DNA of 64,000 bases. It comes from an uncultured Phycisphaerales bacterium. GTDB lineage: Bacteria; Planctomycetota; Phycisphaerae; Tepidisphaerales; Tepidisphaeraceae. The DNA lies in assembly GCA_963755915.1 (NCBI GenBank), contig CAVWLP010000002.1, positions 2,016,001 through 2,080,000 on the forward strand, read 5' to 3'. The position numbers were made by a program, and so were the translations under genes. Positions 52,493 to 61,792 of this stretch are shown here, piece by piece; position 1 is the stretch's first letter; every line of letters starts with the position of its first letter. The notes under the pieces are model-generated. The model was not told where the DNA came from. It saw only the letters and a list, made by a program, of their open reading frames with translations, and did not search any database.

Positions 52493-53476
52493 TCAGTCCC
52501 CGGCTCGGTGGATCGGTATCTTGAATTTCGTCACATACCGGTTCAGCCGCCGCCGATCGATCCCCAGCAGCGCCGCCGCATACGTCCGCCGGAATCCGCA
52601 GCGGATCAGCGCTTCGGTCACCTGCCGCCGAATCGTGTCGTTCAAATTCATGTCCGATGCCCGCGGACGCTCGATGGGCACGCGGATCTGGGCCGGCAGA
52701 TCGTCGATCCCGATCTCATCCCCCTCCGCCAAAACGCTCGCCTGCTCTAGCGCATTTCCAAGCTCTCGCACGTTTCCCGGCCAGGGATAAGTCTCCAGCG
52801 CCGCCATCCCCGCCTCAGACAGCGCTCGCATCCTCTCCCCGTTCGTAATCGCCTGACGCTGCAAGAAGTTTTCCGCCAGCAGCCGAATATCCCGCCCGCG
52901 CTGTCGCAGCGGTGGCACCGTCACCGTAATCACCTGAATCCGAAAAAGAAGATCCTGCCGAAACCGCCCCGCGGCCACCATCGCCTCCAGGTTCCGATGC
53001 GTCGCGCTGATCACCCGCACATCCACCGAATGCGGGCGGCTCGATCCCACCGGAACCACTCGCCGATCCTGAAGCACGCGCAGCAGCTTCGCCTGAAGCG
53101 GCAGCGCCAGCTCGCCAATCTCATCAAGAAACAGCGTCCCTCCATCCGCCGCCCGAACAAACCCCAAAGTATCGCGCACGGCTCCCGTAAACGCCCCGCG
53201 GACATGCCCGAAAAGCTGGCTCTCAAACAGCGTCTCCGAAAATGCCGTGCAATCCACAGGCACAAAAGCCTTCTCGGCGCGCGGAGAATTCTGGTGCATA
53301 AACCGCGCCAGCATCTCCTTTCCAGACCCCGTTTCCCCCAGGATCATCACCGTCGAAGGCCGCTTCGCCGCCCGCAGCGCCACGGTCTTCAGGCACTGCA
53401 TCGCCGCCGATTCTCCAATCAGCCGCTCCGCTGGTGGTTCAATCAACGTCTCGGTTTCCTTACAAATTCTGGACAT
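52493..53476 (-). CDS. sigma54-dependent enhancer-binding protein lacking an N-terminal sensor domain
   Basis: GETGSGKE, ESQLFGHVRGAFTGA, LFLDEIGE, YPWPGNVREL, Fis-type HTH. Confidence 0.92.
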   Translation of the reverse strand: MSRICKETETLIEPPAERLIGESAAMQCLKTVALRAAKRPSTVMILGETGSGKEMLARFMHQNSPRAEKAFVPVDCTAFSETLFESQLFGHVRGAFTGAVRDTLGFVRAADGGTLFLDEIGELALPLQAKLLRVLQDRRVVPVGSSRPHSVDVRVISATHRNLEAMVAAGRFRQDLLFRIQVITVTVPPLRQRGRDIRLLAENFLQRQAITNGERMRALSEAGMAALETYPWPGNVRELGNALEQASVLAEGDEIGIDDLPAQIRVPIERPRASDMNLNDTIRRQVTEALIRCGFRRTYAAALLGIDRRRLNRYVTKFKIPIHRAGD

Positions 53477-53897
53477 CTTCCCCGAGCTATCCTTTCATTT
53501 TGTTAAATTCACGTGCAGCGCCCGTCGCGAGCGCCGATCAAAATCAGTTGGTTTGCAGGTTGCAGTTATCGAAACTGATTAGCCCTGGGACTTGCCTTAA
53601 GCCTGCCCTGGCTTTCGCAATCTAACTCTCGAGCAATGCGGACGTTGCCACCCCATTGCCCCAATCTACCTGAATCGAACCGTGCCGGAGCGTCCGATAA
53701 TTGGTACGCGCAATCTAGAAATCTTGGCAATCAAAAGCAACAATAAAAGTGATAAATTGTCGTAAACGCCGAATATATTTTCGCAAACGGCGAAAATTTG
53801 TAGTTCCCCGTTTTCGCTCTTTAGGTCAGCGCCTACCCGCCTTCAGCTTTCGCGGATCGAGGCATTTTCGCCCCCTCACGGTACGATGCCCGCCTGA

Positions 53898-54800
53898 ATG
53901 AAAGTGCTGATCGTTGCCAACAAGGAAAAGCCCGCCGTCGTCGCGGCCCTCGACCGCATCGCTGCCGCCATCGACAAGCGTGCCATGCTGCTCGGCATCA
54001 ACACCGAAACCGACACCGGGCCCATCGGTGAAGACGCCACCGCCGTCCTCGTCCTCGGCGGCGACGGCACCCTCCTCTGGGCCGCTCGACGTTTGCGCGG
54101 ACGCCAGATCCCCCTCCTCGGCGTCAACTACGGCCGACTCGGATTCCTCGCCAGCTTCACCCCCAAACAATTCGACGACCACTTCGACGATTTCCTCGCC
54201 GGACGTCTTCCCACCACCCATCGCCTCGTCCTGGAAACTTCCGTCGTTCCCCCGGGAGAAAAATCACCCGTGGCTCACTGGGCCGACGTCGTGAAAAATC
54301 GCCGGTTCGTCTCCACTGCCCTCAACGATGCCGTCATTACCGCCGGCCCCCCGTTTCACATGATCGAGCTCGAAATCGCTGCCGACGGCGCAACCTTCGG
54401 CGAAACCGGATCCGCCGGTGTCCGCTACTTCGGCGACGGCATTATCGTCGCCACCGCCAGCGGCAGCACCGCCTACAACGTCTCCGCCGGTGGTCCCATC
54501 ATCAGCCCAAACGTCGAAGCCATCTGCGTCACGCCCCTCTGCCCCCACAGCCTCAGCTTCCGCCCCGTCGTCATCTCTTCCAACTCCACCGTCCTCATCA
54601 CCACCATTCGCGTCAACGATGGAACCACCATCTTCTGCGACGGCCAGGAAAGCACCCAACTCGTCTCCGGCGAGCGAATCGTCATCCGCAAAAACCCCGA
54701 TCCCGTCCTCCTCGTCGAAAACCCCCAGAGCCAGGAATGGCACACCCTCGCCGCCAAGCTTAATTGGGCCGCCAGTCCGGGGTATAATCTCCACAAGTGA
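53898..54800 (+). CDS. nadK: NAD kinase
   Basis: LGGDGTLL, GVN.GRLGFL, ALND, GDG.IVATASGSTAY..SAGGP. Confidence 0.93.
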   Translation: MKVLIVANKEKPAVVAALDRIAAAIDKRAMLLGINTETDTGPIGEDATAVLVLGGDGTLLWAARRLRGRQIPLLGVNYGRLGFLASFTPKQFDDHFDDFLAGRLPTTHRLVLETSVVPPGEKSPVAHWADVVKNRRFVSTALNDAVITAGPPFHMIELEIAADGATFGETGSAGVRYFGDGIIVATASGSTAYNVSAGGPIISPNVEAICVTPLCPHSLSFRPVVISSNSTVLITTIRVNDGTTIFCDGQESTQLVSGERIVIRKNPDPVLLVENPQSQEWHTLAAKLNWAASPGYNLHK

Positions 54801-54954
54801 CAATTTGATCGCCCCGAAAGAGATTTTCCGCCGATAACGTCCAATAAATGCGGATATTCCCCATCGGGCGCACTATATTTATCCTCTTCGGTTGGTGCCC
54901 CAGTTTCATTGCGCCGATAGTTGAGTCGGTAATGTGGATTTAGGAGACTTCGGG

Positions 54955-55884
54955 ATGCGTCTTCTTGCAATTGGGACGTTGATTTCGTTACTGCTCTGCG
55001 CCGCGGGCTACGGGCAAACCATGCCCTCATCCGCCGAGCAGATGCTCAACGAAATGCTGCGCCCCGGACCCACTGTCGCCCACCCCGCCACCCGTCCCGA
55101 CGATCTGTCCGTCGTTCAGCCCGATGGCTACAAGCCCCCGCCCCCTGCTCCTCAGCTCCTTCGCGAGGGTTCCTCTGTCATCTCCAGGGCCGGGCATCTC
55201 CAGAAAAACACCGACAGCCCATATCCCGTCTTCGTCTTCGATTCCAAGCCCGACGAAACCCGCATTGCCCCGATGTACGTGCTGCCCAATCTCCAGCGTA
55301 TGGAAATGGAAGACGCCGCTTCAGCAACCCAGGCCGATCTCCGCTTCACCGTCTCGGGAACCGTCACCGAATACAAAGGCAAAAATTACATCCTCCTCGA
55401 ACCCGGCCCCGACGAAGTCCGCGGCCAATCAACTTCGCCCAATTCCAAACTCGCCCGCGGGCCCATGCCTGCCGAGCAGATGCTCAACGACATGCTCAAC
55501 ATCGACGGCCCTCCCGATCTTTCCCCGCCCCCCAGCCCCAAATCCCAAAACGACATCACCTCCGGCGACGGCGCCGTCGCGCCCAAGGCGCCCGTTCTGA
55601 CCGTCTTGCCCGAAGCCTCGCAGATATTCGATCGCGTCTGCCGGCTCAACCCCAATTCCGACGGCGAAGCCGAGCAGTTAACCCTCGATTCCGACGGCGC
55701 CGCCCTTCAGGACCCGCCCATTCTCGCCCTTCCCAATCTCAAGCTCATGGATATGGAGCGCGCCGCCGGCGACCATCACGACACCCGCTTTCGCGTCACC
55801 GGCGTCATCACCGAATATCGCGGCCGAAACTACATCCTCCTTCAGAAAGTCGTAGTCATGGCCGACGCAGATCGCCAGTTTTAG
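54955..55884 (+). CDS. Exported hypothetical protein with internal tandem duplication
   Basis: Signal peptide; two copies of AEQMLN.ML...LPNL..M.ME...RF.V.G..TEY.G.NYILL; SD AGGAG. Confidence 0.75.
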   Translation: MRLLAIGTLISLLLCAAGYGQTMPSSAEQMLNEMLRPGPTVAHPATRPDDLSVVQPDGYKPPPPAPQLLREGSSVISRAGHLQKNTDSPYPVFVFDSKPDETRIAPMYVLPNLQRMEMEDAASATQADLRFTVSGTVTEYKGKNYILLEPGPDEVRGQSTSPNSKLARGPMPAEQMLNDMLNIDGPPDLSPPPSPKSQNDITSGDGAVAPKAPVLTVLPEASQIFDRVCRLNPNSDGEAEQLTLDSDGAALQDPPILALPNLKLMDMERAAGDHHDTRFRVTGVITEYRGRNYILLQKVVVMADADRQF

Positions 55885-55936
55885 CCCGATATCCGCTCCG
55901 TCCCCGCACGCTGCGCCGCACCGGGACTCATTCTGA

Positions 55937-57100
55937 ATGTTCCTCGCTTCCCCCATCTGGCTCCTCCTTCTGATCCCCTGGGCAGCATTGCTTATCTGGC
56001 TCCTTCAAGGCCGGCTCCAGCATTACCGTGTCCCCTTTCTGCAACTGTGGCCGCGTAAAACCCCGCAAGCCCGCCCGCCTCAGCGCGCTCTCGACAAACC
56101 CCCCATTGCCCTTATCTCCCTCCTGCTGGCCCTGCTGATCGTCATCTTCGTTTCCGCCCAGCCGATGATTCACACCGGCCCGACGACATCCGCCCAAACT
56201 GCCGACGACGTAAAAATCCAGCGTCTGGCCGTCCGCGCCGGCCCAACCACGCAGGCGATGATCACTCTCACCAACCAAAGCGATCTTTCCCACGCCAAAA
56301 TCATGGCCACCGCCGACGGCAACCCTCTGCCTCCCGATGAAATCGCCCTCCCGCATCGAACCGAATCCCAGGATTATTTCCTCGACATCCCCACCCCCGC
56401 CGCCCAGATTCAGATCGCCGTCCAGAACGAAGACGGCAGCTCCATCGGCGATCCCGCCCGCGCCGCGCTCCGCGGCGCCTGGCCGATCCTCGAACCCGCC
56501 AGCCCACTCTCCCCCGCGCTACAGCGAATGATCCAGGTCTACACCCGCCGCCGTCCCCCCGGCGAAGGTTCGCGCCGTATCGAAATCATCGCCTCTTCCA
56601 TCCAGCCCCCGCCCGCCCAACCCTGCGCCCTGGTTCTAAACGGCCAGGACGCCGACGCCTCCCTTTCCGCCGCTCCCGTTTTCACCGTCTATCAAAGTCC
56701 TCTCACCCGCTCCGTCGATTGGCAAAGAGTCCTGGGTCGCGCGAAAATCTCCTCCCCTCCCCGTGGGGATTGGCAGCCCCTCGTCGTCGTCGGCAACGCC
56801 GCCATCCTCGCCCAATGCCAGCAGCCCGTCCGTCGCGTCTGGGTCGGTTTCGATTCCGATAACTTTCCACGCTACCCCGATTTCGTCGTCTTCTGGACGA
56901 GCGTCTTCGATTGGCTCGGCCAGGGCGGCCGCCTCTATGAATCCCAACTTCCCCCGGCCCCCGCGGTGCCGCAAGCTTCCTCAAACGCCTCCGCCTCACT
57001 CTCCGCACCCCTGCTTTTGGCGGCGCTTGGCCTCATTTGTTTCTCCGCAATGGCCTGGAAAGTGCCCCGGCCGACCGGCGCCAATTCCCCTCAATCTTGA
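55937..57100 (+). CDS. Membrane protein with BatA-like N-terminal double-TM domain
   Basis: MFLASPIWLLLLIPW...VPFLQLW, LLALL..AQP; C-terminal TM. Confidence 0.65.
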   Translation: MFLASPIWLLLLIPWAALLIWLLQGRLQHYRVPFLQLWPRKTPQARPPQRALDKPPIALISLLLALLIVIFVSAQPMIHTGPTTSAQTADDVKIQRLAVRAGPTTQAMITLTNQSDLSHAKIMATADGNPLPPDEIALPHRTESQDYFLDIPTPAAQIQIAVQNEDGSSIGDPARAALRGAWPILEPASPLSPALQRMIQVYTRRRPPGEGSRRIEIIASSIQPPPAQPCALVLNGQDADASLSAAPVFTVYQSPLTRSVDWQRVLGRAKISSPPRGDWQPLVVVGNAAILAQCQQPVRRVWVGFDSDNFPRYPDFVVFWTSVFDWLGQGGRLYESQLPPAPAVPQASSNASASLSAPLLLAALGLICFSAMAWKVPRPTGANSPQS

Positions 57101-57126
57101 CAGCATTTTCGCGGCGGCGTAATTTT
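57098..57126 (+). promoter_or_regulatory. sigma70-type promoter, probably leaderless, for STAS gene
   Basis: TTGACA followed ~16-17 nt later by TAATTT; ATG 57132 a few nt downstream with no SD. Confidence 0.5.
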
Positions 57127-57131
57127 TCCCC

Positions 57132-57494
57132 ATGGCCGAGTCTATTCCGCCGGTCTCTGTGACCTCCCAGAAAGATATTCGCGTCGTTGAATTCACGAAT
57201 AACAAGATTCTTGACGAAGGAAACATTACCAGTATCGGAGCTACCCTCGCCGCTCTGATCGATGAATCCGGTCAGCCCAAGCTCCTGCTTGATTTCGCCA
57301 ACGTCGATCACCTCTCCTCCGCGGCGCTGGGGATGCTGATTAACGTCAATAACAAGATCAAGCAAAAGAACGGTCAGTTGCGGCTGACTAATATCAAGCC
57401 GCAGATATTTGAGGTCTTTGTCATTACCAAGCTGAATAAGCTGTTCCGCATCCTGCCGACCCGATCCGATGCCTTAACCAGTTTCGCGCAGTAA
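57132..57494 (+). CDS. STAS anti-sigma factor antagonist (RsbV/SpoIIAA-like)
   Basis: LLLDFANVDHLSSAALGML, LRL.NI.P.I.EVF.ITKL. Confidence 0.9.
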   Translation: MAESIPPVSVTSQKDIRVVEFTNNKILDEGNITSIGATLAALIDESGQPKLLLDFANVDHLSSAALGMLINVNNKIKQKNGQLRLTNIKPQIFEVFVITKLNKLFRILPTRSDALTSFAQ

Positions 57495-57577
57495 AATGCC
57501 AGCTGCAAAATGTCTGTTGCAAAATGACTGCTTTAAAATGTTTCCTGGGTGATGGGTCCGGGCAGGAAAGATTTGAT

Positions 57578-58072
57578 ATGAACGAGGCGGGGTCGAAAGA
57601 TCGAGGCCGCGGCGGACGGTCGGGATCGACACGTCCGGACAGGAACGGCGATTCTTCGTTTCGTTTTACCATCGCCTCCCGCGACAGCGAGTCGCGCGAC
57701 GTCCAGAACAAAATCCTCAATGACGTCACCCGCCGAGGGTTCGAGAGCGACGCCTTCTTCGCCATCAAGCTCGCACTCGAAGAGGCGATGCGAAACGCCA
57801 TCAAGCACGGCAACCGTTTCGACCCCCATAAAAAAGTCCGCATCGAAGCCATCATCACCCCCAGGCAGGCCGAAATCGTCATCGAAGACGAAGGCCCCGG
57901 CTTCACCCGCTCCAAAGTCCCCGATCCCACCCTCCCCGAAAACCTCGAAAAATGCGGCGGCCGCGGCATCCATCTCATCGAAGCCTACATGAACAAAGTC
58001 GAATGGAGCCAGGATGGCCGCAGAATCCGCATGATCAAACGCAACGAGCCCGGCGTTTTTCCCCGCGGGTAG
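57578..58072 (+). CDS. Anti-sigma factor Ser kinase (RsbW-like)
   Basis: LALEEAMRNAIKHGN, IEDEGPGF, VPDPT..ENL...GGRGI. Confidence 0.9.
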   Translation: MNEAGSKDRGRGGRSGSTRPDRNGDSSFRFTIASRDSESRDVQNKILNDVTRRGFESDAFFAIKLALEEAMRNAIKHGNRFDPHKKVRIEAIITPRQAEIVIEDEGPGFTRSKVPDPTLPENLEKCGGRGIHLIEAYMNKVEWSQDGRRIRMIKRNEPGVFPRG

Positions 58073-58096
58073 AACCGCTACAATTCCCCGCCGGAC

Positions 58097-59314
58097 ATGC
58101 TGATCCCTCTTCACACCGATTGCCCGCTCAAGCGAATCCCCTGGGTCAACTGGGCCCTGATCGCGATCAACATCGGCATCTACATTCTCACCAGCGTCTC
58201 CGCCGACGGTACCGCCCAGGGCCCATTTGCCGTCTATCACGGTCAGCCCGTCCGCGATTTCTTCGCCCTCAACCCTCAGAATCCCCAGCTCTACCAATAT
58301 TTCACCTATCAATTCCTCCATGAAAGCTGGCTCCACGTCCTGGGCAACATGCTCTTCCTCTACATCTTCGGCAACAACATCAACGACCGCCTCGGGCATC
58401 TCGGCTATCTCGCCTTCTATCTCGCCGGCGGTGTGGCGGCCGGCATCGGCTACGCCGCCCTCGATCCTGCTCCCGTCATCGGCGCCAGCGGCTGCGTCGC
58501 CGCCGTCACCGGCGCCTACCTCATCCTCCTCCCGCGTTCCAACATCACCCTCCTCTTCTTCTTCATCTATATCGGCCCCATCGAAATCTCCAGCCTCTGG
58601 TTCGTTCTCTTCACCTTCCTCCAGGACGTCCTCGGCGAAGTTCGCCCCGGCCTGCTCGGTGGCCCAGAATCCGAATCGGTCGCCCACATGGCCCACATCA
58701 CCGGCACAATATTTGGCGCAATCGTCTGCCTGATCCTTCTCGGCTTGCGCCTGGTCCCGCGCGATCAATTCGATCTGCTCTCACTCCTCGCCCGCTGGAA
58801 CCGCCGCCGCCAATATCGCAGCATGGTCAGCCAGGGGTACGACCCATTCGGCTACGTCCCGCCCCAGCCCGTCGACGTTCGCCCCCAGGAACTCGACCCC
58901 CGCACCCTCCGCATGCTCGAAATGCGCGCCGAGATCAGCGAAGCCATCGCCCACCACAATCTCCCCCACGCCGGCTATCTCTACATGGAATTGAAAAAAC
59001 TCGACCCCACGCAGGTCCTCTCCCGCCAGGCCCAGCTCGACATCGCCAACCAGCTCGCCAGCCAGCAATATTTCCAGGAAGCCGCCGACGCCTACGAGCA
59101 ATTTCTCACCCATTACCCCAACTTCGAGCAGATCGAGCAGGTGGAGCTGATGCTAGGCGTCATTTACGCCCGCTATCTCCAGCGCTACGAACGCGCCCGC
59201 CAGCTATTGCTAAGAGCCCTCGCCCGCCTACACACCGAGCGCGAAATCCAATGGGCGCGATCCGAGTTGACAAGAATCGAACCCCTCATCGCCCCCCAGC
59301 AAGGCCCGAAGTAA
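58097..59314 (+). CDS. Rhomboid intramembrane serine protease with C-terminal TPR-like domain
   Basis: FLH..WLH..GNM.FL, IGASG, VAHMAH; helical AADAYEQFL..YP tail. Confidence 0.9.
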   Translation: MLIPLHTDCPLKRIPWVNWALIAINIGIYILTSVSADGTAQGPFAVYHGQPVRDFFALNPQNPQLYQYFTYQFLHESWLHVLGNMLFLYIFGNNINDRLGHLGYLAFYLAGGVAAGIGYAALDPAPVIGASGCVAAVTGAYLILLPRSNITLLFFFIYIGPIEISSLWFVLFTFLQDVLGEVRPGLLGGPESESVAHMAHITGTIFGAIVCLILLGLRLVPRDQFDLLSLLARWNRRRQYRSMVSQGYDPFGYVPPQPVDVRPQELDPRTLRMLEMRAEISEAIAHHNLPHAGYLYMELKKLDPTQVLSRQAQLDIANQLASQQYFQEAADAYEQFLTHYPNFEQIEQVELMLGVIYARYLQRYERARQLLLRALARLHTEREIQWARSELTRIEPLIAPQQGPK

Positions 59315-59406
59315 TACCGCCCTCCGGGCGGCCGGCATCCAGCCGATGCGGAGTACCGCTCCTCGCCTCCGGCTGCGGGTTGGCAATCGGCAATCGGCAA
59401 TATTAT

Positions 59407-61584
59407 TCAAGTCCCTGGCCGCGACGCCGCACTATGTTTCGCCTGCATCGCCTGCCGTCGATTCTGCAATTCATCCGCATAGTCCGCCGGCAGCGGTGGA
59501 TTCATCTTCTGCACCGCGTCCATCATCGCCATCGCATCCGAAAAAGCATTCGGGTCGGAAGATTCATCCAGCGTATTGGCCGTACTCATAAATTCCTCGG
59601 CCACCGTCTGCGTCGCCACGTTGTTGCCATATTGCTTGATGATCCCCGCCGCGAAATTCGCCGCCTCATCCCACTGCTTCGCCGCCAGCCGGCAATCGAC
59701 GATCTGACGGCACAGCAGCTTAATGACGTCCGGGCTTCCGTTGTTGGCCCTCCAGTAATCCAGCGCCGCCGTGTACTGATCCGCCGCGCCGGTTGGGTTG
59801 TCGATCGTCGGGCCCGACATCAAATCTCCCATGTCCTGCTGCTGTTCCGCCAGGTCTTTCGGCTTGTTGCCATCTTGTTTCAGCCTCACGCAAATCTGCC
59901 GGCGGATCGCAAGCTCCTTAGTCGGATCCCCGTTCAGTCCATTCGCCAGCGTAATCATTTCCGCCTCATCGGCATCCGGCATTTGCGCCCAGGCTTGCAG
60001 ATCCGCCCACGCCTCCCGCTTCACCTCATCGCTCGGGTCTTCGTTCATCAACCTCAGCAATGAGTCGATATTCGGCGGTGAATTCCGCAGCGCCCGCAGC
60101 GCCGCCAGCCGCATCTCCGGCTCAGGGTCCTGGAGATGTTCCGCGATCTCATGCGCAAACATCGTCGAGCCCGGCAGATTTCCCAGCCCCTCCAGCGCTT
60201 TGGCCCGAACCTTCACATCCTCGGTTGGCGTCAGCAATTTGTGGAACGTATCCGAAAGGGAGTCGTCTTTAATCACCGCCAGCGCTCCCACGATCGCCGC
60301 CCGCAGGTTTTGTTCTCCCGGCAATTCCGTTCCGTCAAGCGCCGCCTTCAGGGTTGTCGTCGCTTCTTTTTTCAACTGCGGGTCCTTGTTGATCACGTCC
60401 CCGCCCTGGCTAAGCCCCTGCGCAGCCGCGATCCGCACCGCGCTCGACGACTCGCTTCCCACCAGCTTCAGCATTTCCCTGATCGCGTCCGGATCGTCAA
60501 ACGGCCCCAATGTCGTGATCAATTGCACCCGCACTTCATCGTCCGTCTCACGCGCCAATTGCGCCACCAGTTGCGGCGTCGAGTCCGCGTCGCCGTCCAA
60601 TGCCCGGGCTGTCGCGGCGCGAACATCGGGCGAAGGATCCGAAATCAGCAGCCGAGCCTCCTCGATTGTGCCCGGGGGGGCGCCGATCGAAGTTCGGATC
60701 TCATACACCAGCTCCGCCCCCAACTCCCGGATTTCCGGCGCCGGCGATCGCAAATACGAAAGCAATATTCCCCCCCGTTTCTCCGCCGGCGCGTTCCAGA
60801 GGTCATTCCGCAAAAAATCGCTCGCCGCCCCCTGAAATGTTTTCTGGTCCGCCAACTGGCTCTCGAACGCTTCTCCCCGCTCGCGGATGATCTCCGCGGC
60901 AAACTGCGCGTCCGACAGATTCTGGTTCTGGAGCTTCGCATACCACTGCTTCCATTTGTCCGCGTTATGATCCAGGTCTGTCTGCCCGGTCATCTCGATC
61001 AGCGCATCGATCGCCGTGCTCCCGATCGGGTCCGGCTCATCCACCATTTCGATCAGCTTCTCCGCCGCATACGGCTTCGCGAACGCACCCAGCGCCGGAA
61101 TCACCACCGGACGAATGTCGCTGCGCTCGGTCCTCGCTTGGTTGGCCAGTTCCTGGAGCACCTGCGGATTGTCGTGATATTGACTCAGCGCCTGCGCCGC
61201 CGCACCCGCCGAGGCGACGTCGTGGCTGCTCAGCAGCGCCATCAGCGGATCGATGAAACTATCATCCGCCCACCGCACCTCCGATAAACCCCGTGCCATG
61301 CCAACCTTAGCGCTCGCCGAGCCGTTTCTTAAGATATTAATAACCGCTGCCTTGGTGGTATCGTCTCTCTGGCTCAGAAGCCGAATCGCAGCAGTCTCCG
61401 CCGCGGCTTGCGTCGTGCCGGGGTCCTCCAGAATCGTCTTGGGATCGTACCCACCCGCGTCCGGCGATGTTGTCGCGCTTGTCCCCGCTTCAGTGCCGGC
61501 CTCCTGTGCAATACCAGCGCAGGGCAAGAGCGCTGTGATTGCTGCCGACAGCCAAACCGCCCTTATCCATCGAGGATGTATCAC
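59407..61584 (-). CDS. Exported HEAT-repeat protein
   Basis: Signal peptide; repeated DP...VR.AA..AL motifs. Confidence 0.8.
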   Translation of the reverse strand: MIHPRWIRAVWLSAAITALLPCAGIAQEAGTEAGTSATTSPDAGGYDPKTILEDPGTTQAAAETAAIRLLSQRDDTTKAAVINILRNGSASAKVGMARGLSEVRWADDSFIDPLMALLSSHDVASAGAAAQALSQYHDNPQVLQELANQARTERSDIRPVVIPALGAFAKPYAAEKLIEMVDEPDPIGSTAIDALIEMTGQTDLDHNADKWKQWYAKLQNQNLSDAQFAAEIIRERGEAFESQLADQKTFQGAASDFLRNDLWNAPAEKRGGILLSYLRSPAPEIRELGAELVYEIRTSIGAPPGTIEEARLLISDPSPDVRAATARALDGDADSTPQLVAQLARETDDEVRVQLITTLGPFDDPDAIREMLKLVGSESSSAVRIAAAQGLSQGGDVINKDPQLKKEATTTLKAALDGTELPGEQNLRAAIVGALAVIKDDSLSDTFHKLLTPTEDVKVRAKALEGLGNLPGSTMFAHEIAEHLQDPEPEMRLAALRALRNSPPNIDSLLRLMNEDPSDEVKREAWADLQAWAQMPDADEAEMITLANGLNGDPTKELAIRRQICVRLKQDGNKPKDLAEQQQDMGDLMSGPTIDNPTGAADQYTAALDYWRANNGSPDVIKLLCRQIVDCRLAAKQWDEAANFAAGIIKQYGNNVATQTVAEEFMSTANTLDESSDPNAFSDAMAMMDAVQKMNPPLPADYADELQNRRQAMQAKHSAASRPGT

Positions 61585-61792
61585 TCTCTAGCCCTTATCG
61601 TCGATCCTCGCGAACTTACCGTATTTACCGAACATCGAAAAGCGGCCTCCCTTGCCCGCTCGCCCAACTTCTTTCCTTTGAGGTGCCTCCCCTTAAATTT
61701 AGGCAAAAAATAGCGCCCGCACCTTGCCTTTAAAGCGATTCCCCTGCTAAATTAGCGCCCATAGTCTGGCTTAACAGCCTTACAGGCGGGTT

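Noticed and set aside
53724-53740. sigma54 promoter upstream of nadK (TTGGCAATCAAAAGC)
   Set aside because: GG-GC spacing is 9 nt, not the required 10.
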